From positions 3,046 through 67,045 of the IMG/VR virus record IMGVR_UViG_3300027985_000557: a stretch of DNA of 64,000 bases, one strand, 5' to 3'. Numbering within the stretch: position 1 is the first letter of the stretch; every line of letters starts with the position of its first letter. A program made the position numbers and the translations under genes. Shown here piece by piece: positions 1 to 8,308 of the stretch. Below the pieces are notes generated by a model. That model saw only the letters and a program-made list of their open reading frames with translations. It was not told the origin of the DNA and did no database searches. This stretch comes from a virus.

Positions 1-617
1 ATACGGCCCGTCCTGGCACCCTGGCACTACCCCCCGGGGCGACCCGGGACATGCCGCCCTTTTACGTTGAGTATCTGAAGTCAAGGGGTTACGGTGAAGA
101 GGTCGTCCAACGATTTGACCTGCACGCGGGTGGCTACTCTGGCCCTTTCAAATATCGTTTGATCATACCCGTGTATTGGCACGACCAGCTTGTGAACTAC
201 CTGGGGCGCGACGTCACCGGGCAACTTTCCTCACGGTACAAGAACTGCCGCAACGAATTGGCAGTCGTTCATTCCAAAAGCTGTGTCTACAACATCGATC
301 AGGCCAGCAGGAAGATCATTATCTGTGAAGGTCCGACTGACGTGTGGCGCATGGGCTCTGGTGCCGTCTGCACCCTTGGAACAACTTTCACCAATGACCA
401 GATACGAACCATCAAGGACGCGGGTGTCACGCACGCCGCTGTTCTATTCGACCCGGGGCCGAAGTCCCAGCGCCTTGCCCAGATGCTTGCTGGTTCCCTT
501 GACATGATGGGAATTGAATCCATGGTGTACTGCATGGAGGGTGATCAAGACCCAGGCGAGCTAGACGACGACGCAGCATATGAAATCAGGAAAGAAATAA
601 TGGACTTCATGGGTTGA
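1..617 (+). CDS. DNA primase, TOPRIM-containing C-terminal part (5' truncated by window)
   Basis: YLKSRG, RLIIPV, GRDV, RYKN and TOPRIM motifs ICEGPTD, LFD, DQDPG; frame is open to the window edge. Confidence 0.85.
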   Translation, partial: TARPGTLALPPGATRDMPPFYVEYLKSRGYGEEVVQRFDLHAGGYSGPFKYRLIIPVYWHDQLVNYLGRDVTGQLSSRYKNCRNELAVVHSKSCVYNIDQASRKIIICEGPTDVWRMGSGAVCTLGTTFTNDQIRTIKDAGVTHAAVLFDPGPKSQRLAQMLAGSLDMMGIESMVYCMEGDQDPGELDDDAAYEIRKEIMDFMG

Positions 618-642
618 CCCTGGCCCGGGTAGGCGATACTTT
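614..642 (+). promoter_or_regulatory. Putative sigma70-type promoter
   Basis: TTGACC (614-619), 17-nt spacer, TACTTT (637-642). Confidence 0.5.
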
Positions 643-648
643 GCCCAT

Positions 649-924
649 GTAACAGGCACCACCGTGCGGGGAGTAGTGACCCCGTTCGGGACATCAATCA
701 GCCGAGTGCAGACGGCGCAACTTATAATGCAGGAATGTAGGTTATGGATGACCATAATCAAGTCCCCTCATGGGGAAAGCCTAAAGAACACCAGCAGCGC
801 GCAAATCCTACGTTCCTGCTATTCTGCACTTTTCATGCGCTGATGGTTCGGGTCACTACCCCGGCTTTAGGATTTCCACCACAAGAATGGTCCCGGTCTA
901 TTGTGATCGGGACCATTTTTGTTT
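649..924 (+). ncRNA. Putative structured ncRNA or attenuator leader, family unknown
   Basis: Nested stems 673-682/850-859, 697-702/839-844, 705-712/823-830, 729-741/807-819; inner hairpins 742-757 and 763-776; flanked by a promoter and a terminator. Confidence 0.6.
886..924 (+). terminator. Intrinsic terminator
   Basis: 13-bp stem AATGGTCCCGGTC / GATCGGGACCATT (one G-U) followed by TTTGTTT. Confidence 0.75.
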
Positions 925-943
925 GAGGACAAGGAGCGCGGAT

Positions 944-2488
944 ATGGAAGCCATGTACGACCAGAGTTTTACCTTGGACCCCTCGAACAGGCCCCGCTAC
1001 CGGGCCGTTCCTGACTACTGGGATCATATCCTAAAAGGCAACCACCACCGAGTATTCACATTCATCTACTTCCACGTGGCGCGCCTCATTGCCTCGAACA
1101 CAGGCACTGTCAAAAAGTACCGGAAGCGGGCAAATGGCGGTGTCTGGTGCCAAAGTCCTCTGATAGCCGAACGCCTGGGCTGCACTGAAAAAACCGTGAA
1201 CAATGCCATAGCTTACCTTGATTCCATCGGGTTGCTTATTCGTGTAAGCAATCCGTCGCACGCAAGGGAAGAATTACGGCGTGTCTTCTTCGTGAATCAT
1301 GCGGTCCTGAAGAGACTTGACGCCGCCTACATGAGCGTCAACACGGACGCATGGCACGAACGCTATGACTCTTACGAAGAATACGAGGACGCCAAGCAAG
1401 AGGCCGTAATGCGGGAGTGGGACAATTTCATCACCGCAGGTCGTGAAGCCGCTATTGAACAATTGATTACCGAGTACAAGGTCACGCTACCCCCGGCGGT
1501 AAAAATTACCGCCACCCCCGGTGACTTTTACCGTCCCTCTTACTTAGACAATATCAAAGACAATAAAGAGGTTTCTTCTTCGAAGAAACCGGTGGTTCCG
1601 AGCGGAACCACCTGCACGCCGGCTGCGCCCCCTGTGACAAGGCGTCGTGTCCCCGAAGGTCTTGCCTCCAGTGAAACACCCTTGTTCAAACGCAAACCAG
1701 TCCTTGATGCCAAGACAGGACAAGAAGCCCCTTGCAATACCCTTGCCCAACATGAACGCTACTTGCTTGAATACTGGAACAGCAAAGACACCTTGCGGAC
1801 CCATAAGATCCCGTCTGAGGGTTCCGCGCCGACGAACACCGTCAGGCGGTTTATCACGGACCTCAAGAAGCTCATGGGCGGCACCTTGTTCAAGGGCCTG
1901 CAAGATGTAGATCCTTGTCACGTGCGGGCCTACAGCGTGGCCGAGGTGCGCAAGGCCATCGACGCGTTTGCCCTGGCCGACCCAGTGCTCCGCGACGGGG
2001 TGGGCCTGGACACCTTCTTATTCAATCCTAACCGGGTGGGCGGGCGCAACGGCTTTGGGCGCTCTTGGTTTCTGGCGGCCCTGCACAACGACGTGCGCGG
2101 TTCGATAACCCAGCGCGCTGATGACCATCCCGATCTGACACAGAATTTAATCAAGCAGTATCGCTATTACCATCTCAGGAACAACCCGGTTCAGTTTGAT
2201 ACCCGGGACATGAACAGTTTTATTCAATCGACTGAAAAGATCTTTGCCCTTTACGCCAAGTACGAAGAACGGTTCAGAATGCTCAACTACGGCCCTATCG
2301 ACATCATGCGCAAGGCCGTAGAGGTATCGGCTCATTGGGCCAAGCGGATTGACGTTACCCCAGCCACCATGCACTGCGACTCTCTGTTCAAAGCTATCGA
2401 GGCCTCCATGCTGAAGTCCGGTGTTGTCCAGCAAGACAGCGCCGACGACGAAACCACCGTGTTCGACATCTACGCACCCCGCGACTAG
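944..2488 (+). CDS. Putative replication initiator with N-terminal winged HTH
   Basis: IAERLGCTEKTVNNAIAYLDSIGLLIR helix-turn-helix; lies between primase and helicase; AAGGAG RBS at 931-936 favours ATG 944 over 887. Confidence 0.65.
   Translation: MEAMYDQSFTLDPSNRPRYRAVPDYWDHILKGNHHRVFTFIYFHVARLIASNTGTVKKYRKRANGGVWCQSPLIAERLGCTEKTVNNAIAYLDSIGLLIRVSNPSHAREELRRVFFVNHAVLKRLDAAYMSVNTDAWHERYDSYEEYEDAKQEAVMREWDNFITAGREAAIEQLITEYKVTLPPAVKITATPGDFYRPSYLDNIKDNKEVSSSKKPVVPSGTTCTPAAPPVTRRRVPEGLASSETPLFKRKPVLDAKTGQEAPCNTLAQHERYLLEYWNSKDTLRTHKIPSEGSAPTNTVRRFITDLKKLMGGTLFKGLQDVDPCHVRAYSVAEVRKAIDAFALADPVLRDGVGLDTFLFNPNRVGGRNGFGRSWFLAALHNDVRGSITQRADDHPDLTQNLIKQYRYYHLRNNPVQFDTRDMNSFIQSTEKIFALYAKYEERFRMLNYGPIDIMRKAVEVSAHWAKRIDVTPATMHCDSLFKAIEASMLKSGVVQQDSADDETTVFDIYAPRD
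1497..1612. repeat. Palindrome cluster, candidate replication origin inside the initiator gene
   Basis: CGGT-N7-ACCG at 1497 and 1519; AGACAATA at 1546 and 1558; perfect inverted repeats 1570-1590 and 1591-1612. Confidence 0.45.
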
Positions 2489-2499
2489 GAGCTGGCTTC

Positions 2500-4026
2500 A
2501 TGAGTCTGAGTAGCAACCCGCGTTTGCAGAAGGTAGTAGGCCATGAAAAGATCATTATCACCGGCCTCATCGTGTCGGACACGTTCTGCCAGCAGATTGT
2601 GCCGATACTCGACTTCAACATGTTCGAACAGACGTGGATGCGCGCCCTTGTTGTGAAGTGCGTGGCATACTACGAAGAGTACCACGCCTCCCCGAAGCAA
2701 AGTGTCATCTCGCTGTTTGAAGTCCTGCAAGATGAACTGAGCGAAACAGAAGCGGACCTTATCGCTACGTTCCTTGAGATGCTGTCCACGGACTACGCCA
2801 AGATTGAGGCATCGTTCAATGAACAGTTCTACATCGACGAAGCGGACATGTTCGTCAAGAAGAAGTCTTTGGAGGCGCATATCAGCCGCATCCAAAGTAT
2901 GATCGTCATGGGCAAAACGGAAGATGCCTACGCTCTGGCGAACAACTTTAAGCCTCATGCCCTCAACGGGCACACGAACGGCTTCTGGCGGTTGCGTGAG
3001 GACACCAGCTATGTGAAGATAACACACGCGGACGAGGAAACCAGCGACAGCCGCATCGTACTGGAGTACCCCGGGGCCGTGGGTCGTTTGATCGGCCCTT
3101 GTCGGCGTGGATGGCTGGGCGCTTTCCTGGCCCCCATGAAACGTGGCAAATCCAACTTTCTCATGGAATCAGCGGTCCTGGGCGTGCTGAGGGGGCGCAA
3201 GGTATTCGTCGCCCTGCATGAGATGAAAGAGGATGAATGGTTCGACCGCCTGCTGCTGAATATCAGCGGCGGCGTCTACGGCGACAACACGGCCCTGAAC
3301 ATGCCTGTGTTCGACTGCCTGTCCAACCGCGAGGGCACGTGCATCAAGACCTTCCGCATAAACAAGGAGCCCTACGGCAAAGGGAGCAACCCCCGGTACA
3401 TGGCATGCAATGTCTGTGAACGGGTCAAGGATGGCGGGCACAAGCCCTGTGTGTCCTTTCCGCTCACGGAGTTTCCCCGGCTGAAAACGACGGATGCTAG
3501 ACGCATAACCCAAAGTTTCGGGGCCAGTGCCGGTGGCGACATCATACTTAAGAAGTATGACGCCAACACCGCCAACAGCAAAACGCTCTACCGAGATTGG
3601 CAGTACCTCGCAGATTCTGGCGACGTGTGTGACATCATAATTTCTGACTACGCGGACATCCAAGGCCCGGAAGATAAAGGGCAGGTTGATTCTATCCAGC
3701 GCATCGACGCTACGTGGCTCGGACTGAAGTGGTTGGCGGACACCACGAATGCACTTACACTCACGGCCACGCAAGGCAAACTCAAATCCTTGACTGCTGA
3801 CGACATCGGGCAGGACGACGTGTCCGGGTACATCGGCAAGGCGGCCCATGTTGACTTCATGGTGGGCCTGTCACAAACCAAGGAAGAGAAGTCGCAGGGC
3901 ATTATGCGCCTCAGCAACCTATATCACCGATTTGCGTCCTGTAACGACAACACATGTTGTTCAGTACTCCAGCGCCTTGACTGCGGAAAGTACATTCTTG
4001 ACAGTAGGATGGGAAAGGTGGCCTAA
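2500..4026 (+). CDS. dnaB: Replicative SF4 (DnaB/gp41-like) helicase
   Basis: Walker A APMKRGKS, HEM motif 1a, IISDYAD Walker B, LTATQ, VDFMVGL; Cys-rich insertion. Confidence 0.85.
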   Translation: MSLSSNPRLQKVVGHEKIIITGLIVSDTFCQQIVPILDFNMFEQTWMRALVVKCVAYYEEYHASPKQSVISLFEVLQDELSETEADLIATFLEMLSTDYAKIEASFNEQFYIDEADMFVKKKSLEAHISRIQSMIVMGKTEDAYALANNFKPHALNGHTNGFWRLREDTSYVKITHADEETSDSRIVLEYPGAVGRLIGPCRRGWLGAFLAPMKRGKSNFLMESAVLGVLRGRKVFVALHEMKEDEWFDRLLLNISGGVYGDNTALNMPVFDCLSNREGTCIKTFRINKEPYGKGSNPRYMACNVCERVKDGGHKPCVSFPLTEFPRLKTTDARRITQSFGASAGGDIILKKYDANTANSKTLYRDWQYLADSGDVCDIIISDYADIQGPEDKGQVDSIQRIDATWLGLKWLADTTNALTLTATQGKLKSLTADDIGQDDVSGYIGKAAHVDFMVGLSQTKEEKSQGIMRLSNLYHRFASCNDNTCCSVLQRLDCGKYILDSRMGKVA

Positions 4027-4066
4027 AAATCTGGCAACTTTTTGCATAAATCGTCATGGTACTCCC

Positions 4067-4095
4067 TTGCTTTTGGGCATGCCCCGGGGTATTAT
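4067..4095 (+). promoter_or_regulatory. Putative sigma70-type promoter
   Basis: TTGCTT, 17-nt spacer, TATTAT in the intergenic gap. Confidence 0.55.
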
Positions 4096-4168
4096 GACTT
4101 TGACACTAGCAACACGGGGCGGAAGGGCCGCCCATAACTTCCAACCAACCCCACAGCGGGAGGATACC

Positions 4169-5008
4169 ATGGAATACGCCGCCATCAAATCGGCCGTCGA
4201 AAAGCTGAACGCCTCGCTCGAAAACAAGATCAAGACCGTGGCCGTCAAGGCCGACGACGTGAAGTCCAACTTCTCCAAGGCCATCGGCGACCTGGGCCTG
4301 GAAGCCACCCTGGTTCTCGATCCCGACATCATCCGCGCCTTCGTCCACGTGGTCGGCGCGCTGCCCGATGCCGACTACGCGGGCCTGGACGAAAAGATCC
4401 GCACCGTGTACGACGGCATCCCGGACGAGTACTTCGCGGCCCCGGCCAGCGCCGAGGGCGAGGGCGAGCGCACCGAGGGCGCTTCCGAAGGCGACGGCAC
4501 CAAGGCCCCGGAGGACCCCAAGGCTCCGGCCGCGCCCAAGGCCCCCAAGGAGCCCAAGGCCCCCAAGAAGCCCGGTGACAAGGGCTACAAGTCCGAGTGC
4601 GCCGACTTTGGCAAGAACTGCGACGACGCCGCCCAGCTCTGCCGGTCCTGCAAGGAAAGCCGCAACGACGAATACACCGTCTGCGCCGAGAAGACCGCTG
4701 CCAAGAAGGCCAAGAAAGCCCCGTCCGCCCCGGTGCGCGAGAAGAACGCCCTCGGTCACGTCATCGGCTCCATGTCCGCCGACATCGACGAAATGTTCCT
4801 CGCCGGCCCCTGCTACGCCGACGACGTCATCAAGGTGCTCATGGAAAAGCACCCCACCAAGGACGCCGCGAAGGCCAAGGAAAAGCTGAAGAGCCACATT
4901 TCCTGGCTGATCAACCGCGAAGGCCACAAGGTCGTGCAGACCCCCGAAGGCGAAGGCGACGCCAAGCGCGTCAAGATCGTCTTCACCGCCAAGGCCCCGG
5001 CTGCCTAG
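4169..5008 (+). CDS. Probably highly expressed Lys/Ala/Pro-rich protein with Cys4 motif, possible DNA-binding protein
   Basis: GGAGG RBS before ATG 4169; strongly C/G-ending codons like the capsid gene; PKAPK repeats; C-x2-FG...CRSC...C; own promoter and terminator. Confidence 0.7.
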   Translation: MEYAAIKSAVEKLNASLENKIKTVAVKADDVKSNFSKAIGDLGLEATLVLDPDIIRAFVHVVGALPDADYAGLDEKIRTVYDGIPDEYFAAPASAEGEGERTEGASEGDGTKAPEDPKAPAAPKAPKEPKAPKKPGDKGYKSECADFGKNCDDAAQLCRSCKESRNDEYTVCAEKTAAKKAKKAPSAPVREKNALGHVIGSMSADIDEMFLAGPCYADDVIKVLMEKHPTKDAAKAKEKLKSHISWLINREGHKVVQTPEGEGDAKRVKIVFTAKAPAA

Positions 5009-5040
5009 CTCACCCGCATCGGGTGGATGAGTTAGGTTTA

Positions 5041-5075
5041 GGCCCTGCCCCATGTTCCAGGGGCAGGGCCTTTTC
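5041..5075 (+). terminator. Intrinsic terminator
   Basis: GGCCCTGCCCC / GGGGCAGGGCC stem followed by TTTT. Confidence 0.75.
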
Positions 5076-5092
5076 AATCCAAGGAGGAAAGC

Positions 5093-5854
5093 ATGATCAG
5101 CGTCAAGTCTAAGGATATGGCAACCTTCCTCAAACGCGTCTACCTCGGGGGCGTCATTGAGGACTGCGTACTTCAAACGACCCCCGAAGGCATGTGTGTT
5201 CAGGCCCTCGACCTGTCCAACACCCTGCTCCTGTCCGTCGCGGCCCCTTTCGAGGCGACCCTCAATGCTGGTAACCTGGGCATCAGTCTGCTCGACTGGC
5301 TTATCAAGGCCCTTGGCTCATTCGGCGACGGCCAGATCGAAATGGGCATCGAAGGTAACCGCCTCATCATGCGCGGGGCCGGCAACAGCCTGAAGTACCT
5401 GCTCTCCAGTGCCGAGGCCGTCCCGACCATGCCTGAAGACCCGGCCGCCCTTGCCACCGTCAAGGATGCCCTGGTCTATTCCGTCAAGCTGGACGACCTG
5501 AACAAAGGCAACCTGACCACGAACATCAGCTTGTTCAAGAAACCCACCGTTACGGTAAACATCAACGCGAACAACGGCAAGGGCACCTGCTCCGTCGTCT
5601 GCGGCGCGGAAACCGAGAACCAGTTCACCGTCCAGTTCGGCCGCGTGACCGTCGCTGAGGGAGCGGAGATTATGCCGCTGTCTTTTGAGGTCAATGCAGC
5701 CCACGTCAAAGCCTGTCTGGAAGCCACGTCCAGCGGCGAAGGAACCCCGCTCATGATGATGGCCGCGAACCCCAAGTACCCGGTCATCATCTGCCAGGGC
5801 ATGGACCTCTGGGGATTTCTCCCTGCCGTCGCCCGTCCGAGCGGAGGTGCCTAA
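5093..5854 (+). CDS. Sliding clamp (gp45/PCNA-like)
   Basis: 253 aa, alternating beta/alpha clamp-like pattern (VQALDLSNTLLLSV), directly upstream of the clamp loader. Confidence 0.7.
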   Translation: MISVKSKDMATFLKRVYLGGVIEDCVLQTTPEGMCVQALDLSNTLLLSVAAPFEATLNAGNLGISLLDWLIKALGSFGDGQIEMGIEGNRLIMRGAGNSLKYLLSSAEAVPTMPEDPAALATVKDALVYSVKLDDLNKGNLTTNISLFKKPTVTVNINANNGKGTCSVVCGAETENQFTVQFGRVTVAEGAEIMPLSFEVNAAHVKACLEATSSGEGTPLMMMAANPKYPVIICQGMDLWGFLPAVARPSGGA

Positions 5855-6792
5855 TGTCCATCGAATCCTTCATCTGGTACGAGAAGTATCGCCCGACCAA
5901 CCTCGCCGACATGGTCATGCGGGAGCCCACCCGCGCGGCAATGGAATCCTTCATTACCCAAGACGAGATTCCACACCTGCTGCTGCACGGCCCGGCGGGC
6001 TCCGGCAAGACCACGGTAGCCAAGATCCTGTACGAAACCATTCCGTGTGCGGTTTTGGAGTTAAACGCCTCTAGCGGCGACCGTGGCGTGGAAATCATGA
6101 AGACCAAGGTGAAGCAGTTCGCCGCGTCGGCCCCCATGCCCGGCAAGGACCTGAAGATAGTCTTCCTTGACGAAGCGGACGGCCTGACCCTGGATGCCCA
6201 GAAGGCTCTGCGCAATACCATCGAGGCCTACCAATCCACGTGCCGCTTCTTGTTCACGTGTAACCACTTCGACAAGATGCATGATGCCATTATCAGCCGC
6301 TGCATGTGTTTTGAGTTCAGCCAGTTTCCTCTGGCCGACATGAAGAAGCACGCCTGCGGCATTCTGCGGAAGGAGGGCGTGACGTTTGACCGGGCGGCCG
6401 TGGGCCAACTGGTCGAGCGTTTCTACCCGGACTTCCGTACCATCCTCAACTCCATGCACCTGGGCTCCTTGTCCGGCACGTTTAATGCGGCGTCCATTGC
6501 CGCCCTGAATATTGACCCGGACACGGTCCTCAACTTCCTGCTTGATGGCAAAGTCGGCGAGCTGCGTCGGTATTGGGCCGGGCTGTCCGACTTCACCTTC
6601 ATTTACAAAATCCTGTTCGACAAACTGGTGCCCCTCATTGCCCAGCAAAGCGGCACGGATGCCGCTCGGGTGGTTGTCGTTCTGGCCGAGTACCTGGGGC
6701 GTGACTCTACCATTCCCGACCGTGAACTCAATTTCACGGCCTGCTGCTGCGCCTTGATGGATATCCTCGGCGCGCCGCACGACTTTGCGTAG
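5854..6792 (+). CDS. Clamp loader AAA+ subunit (RFC small/T4 gp44-like)
   Basis: WYEKYRP, GPAGSGKTT, ELNAS, LDEAD, SRC motifs. Confidence 0.93.
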   Translation: MSIESFIWYEKYRPTNLADMVMREPTRAAMESFITQDEIPHLLLHGPAGSGKTTVAKILYETIPCAVLELNASSGDRGVEIMKTKVKQFAASAPMPGKDLKIVFLDEADGLTLDAQKALRNTIEAYQSTCRFLFTCNHFDKMHDAIISRCMCFEFSQFPLADMKKHACGILRKEGVTFDRAAVGQLVERFYPDFRTILNSMHLGSLSGTFNAASIAALNIDPDTVLNFLLDGKVGELRRYWAGLSDFTFIYKILFDKLVPLIAQQSGTDAARVVVVLAEYLGRDSTIPDRELNFTACCCALMDILGAPHDFA

Positions 6793-6801
6793 GAGGTCTA
6801 C

Positions 6802-7500
6802 ATGCCGCCGCGTAAGAAAGAAGTGCCCCAAGCCGAGTATGGCCGCCTGACCGACACGCTTGGGATCGCCATGGCTAACCCGGTGGCCCTTGAGGAAGAG
6901 GGTGTGAGTACGCCGAAACCTGACTTTTTCGGTGATATTCAGAACTACTTCACCAAGGGTCGCCCGGTGACCACGGACAGCAACGGCAACGAGACGTACA
7001 TTCAGGCGCGGTTCCTCTCAATGGCGGCCCAGGGCTTTGAAGGGGCCGCCGCCTACAACCGGCTCTCTGCCAAACTGCCGAAGTGGGCGCGGGCCGTCGT
7101 GCTGTACTGGCTCACCCCGACCTTGTCCCGCGCGCCTCGGATGAACTACATCAAGGCCGAGAAGGGCAAGGAGACGGACGCCTACAAGGAAGTCATCCAG
7201 AAGATCGTAAACTACTTCAAATGCCGGCCGCACCATGCCCCGCAAATCTACGACTTGCTTGAGGCCCAAAAGTTCGATATATACGGATTCTTCGGGCTGA
7301 AGGCACCACGTGGGTTCCTGGGCAGCACGGGTAAGGAGGACGACGATGTCGATAAACCTGGACGATCTGCCGGAAGAAGTGCTGGCACACGTACGCAGCC
7401 TTCCAAAGGAAGAGCAAATCGAGGCGCTGGGGCGGTTGCAGCGGGGGGAACTCCCCAAGGGCATGACGAGACGGGGCTCTTTACTCGTCGGCGGCCATAG
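6802..7500 (+). CDS. Putative clamp loader small subunit (gp62-like)
   Basis: Position after gp44-like gene; YIQARFLSM and IVNYFKC pattern; GGAGG RBS. Confidence 0.55.
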   Translation: MPPRKKEVPQAEYGRLTDTLGIAMANPVALEEEGVSTPKPDFFGDIQNYFTKGRPVTTDSNGNETYIQARFLSMAAQGFEGAAAYNRLSAKLPKWARAVVLYWLTPTLSRAPRMNYIKAEKGKETDAYKEVIQKIVNYFKCRPHHAPQIYDLLEAQKFDIYGFFGLKAPRGFLGSTGKEDDDVDKPGRSAGRSAGTRTQPSKGRANRGAGAVAAGGTPQGHDETGLFTRRRP

Positions 7501-7690
7501 CACGTCGCCGGCCCTGGCCGCCCTTGCTGCCGTGGGCGCGATAGCCGGGCAAGTTGCCCGTTTGCCGCTCGATATGCTGGCCGACCTTGCCCCGGGTCAC
7601 CCCCGGGGGCACCGAGCCAAAAAACGAGCCCCTGGACCGGGTGTCGGCACTAATCGACAGCGCCGCGCCCGCGAAGGTAAGGGCTGGTAG
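7346..7690 (+). CDS. Hypothetical protein overlapping the previous gene by 155 nt
   Basis: Strong AAGGAGGA RBS before ATG 7346 (MSINLDD). Confidence 0.55.
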   Translation: MSINLDDLPEEVLAHVRSLPKEEQIEALGRLQRGELPKGMTRRGSLLVGGHSTSPALAALAAVGAIAGQVARLPLDMLADLAPGHPRGHRAKKRAPGPGVGTNRQRRAREGKGW

Positions 7691-7744
7691 AACACACAAC
7701 CGGGGGCATGGCCGTCGTGCCCCCGTTCACATACAGGAGCCACC

Positions 7745-8299
7745 ATGGGTATCCTCGGCGCTATTGGCGGAACCGAATCGTCACGGGCTGATCGGTTCAA
7801 CAAACAGGCGGAAGGTCTGTCCAAAGAAGCAACCCGCGCCCTCGAAGTCTCCATGCTTAAACCCGAACCCATGATCGAGCCTGCTTGTCCCGCGCCGACT
7901 ACCCGTGGCGTCGTGGATACCAAGGTGGCGTTCTACATCCCTCCCAAACGCTACTGGCGCATCTTTCAAAAGTTCTTCAAAGTGTCCCGCATGGGCGAGC
8001 GCCAGAACGCTAACGGCATTGCCCGTGGCGAGAACTCCGTGCGTGACATCCGCATTTTCCTGGCCCTGCTGGATGGACTGGTCAGCGGCAAGCTGAAGTT
8101 CAATGCGGAGGCCATGACTATTGAGGCGGCCTTGTCTCCGAGACAGGTGAAGCTTCTCGAAGATTTCGAGGTTACTCTTCGTCAGCATATCGAGGCCGAA
8201 GAACAAGATGCCCCGGGTGTCGCAGCAAGCCTTGTCGATGAAGTGCGCACCTTGCTTGACGAGGCGTTTGGCTACCCGGCTGAAGATCGGAATAAGTAA
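7745..8299 (+). CDS. Hypothetical protein
   Basis: AGGAG RBS, in-operon ORF of 184 aa. Confidence 0.65.
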   Translation: MGILGAIGGTESSRADRFNKQAEGLSKEATRALEVSMLKPEPMIEPACPAPTTRGVVDTKVAFYIPPKRYWRIFQKFFKVSRMGERQNANGIARGENSVRDIRIFLALLDGLVSGKLKFNAEAMTIEAALSPRQVKLLEDFEVTLRQHIEAEEQDAPGVAASLVDEVRTLLDEAFGYPAEDRNK

Positions 8300-8308
8300 G
8301 GAGCTGAC

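Noticed and set aside
845-881. GGTTCG...CCACCA resembling a tRNA or tmRNA 3' end
   Set aside because: No T-arm or acceptor stem geometry could be built; kept only as part of the unknown structured RNA
744-943. 60-aa ORF 744-926 and the upstream initiator start at 887
   Set aside because: No RBS; both run through the stems and terminator; ATG 944 has a clear RBS
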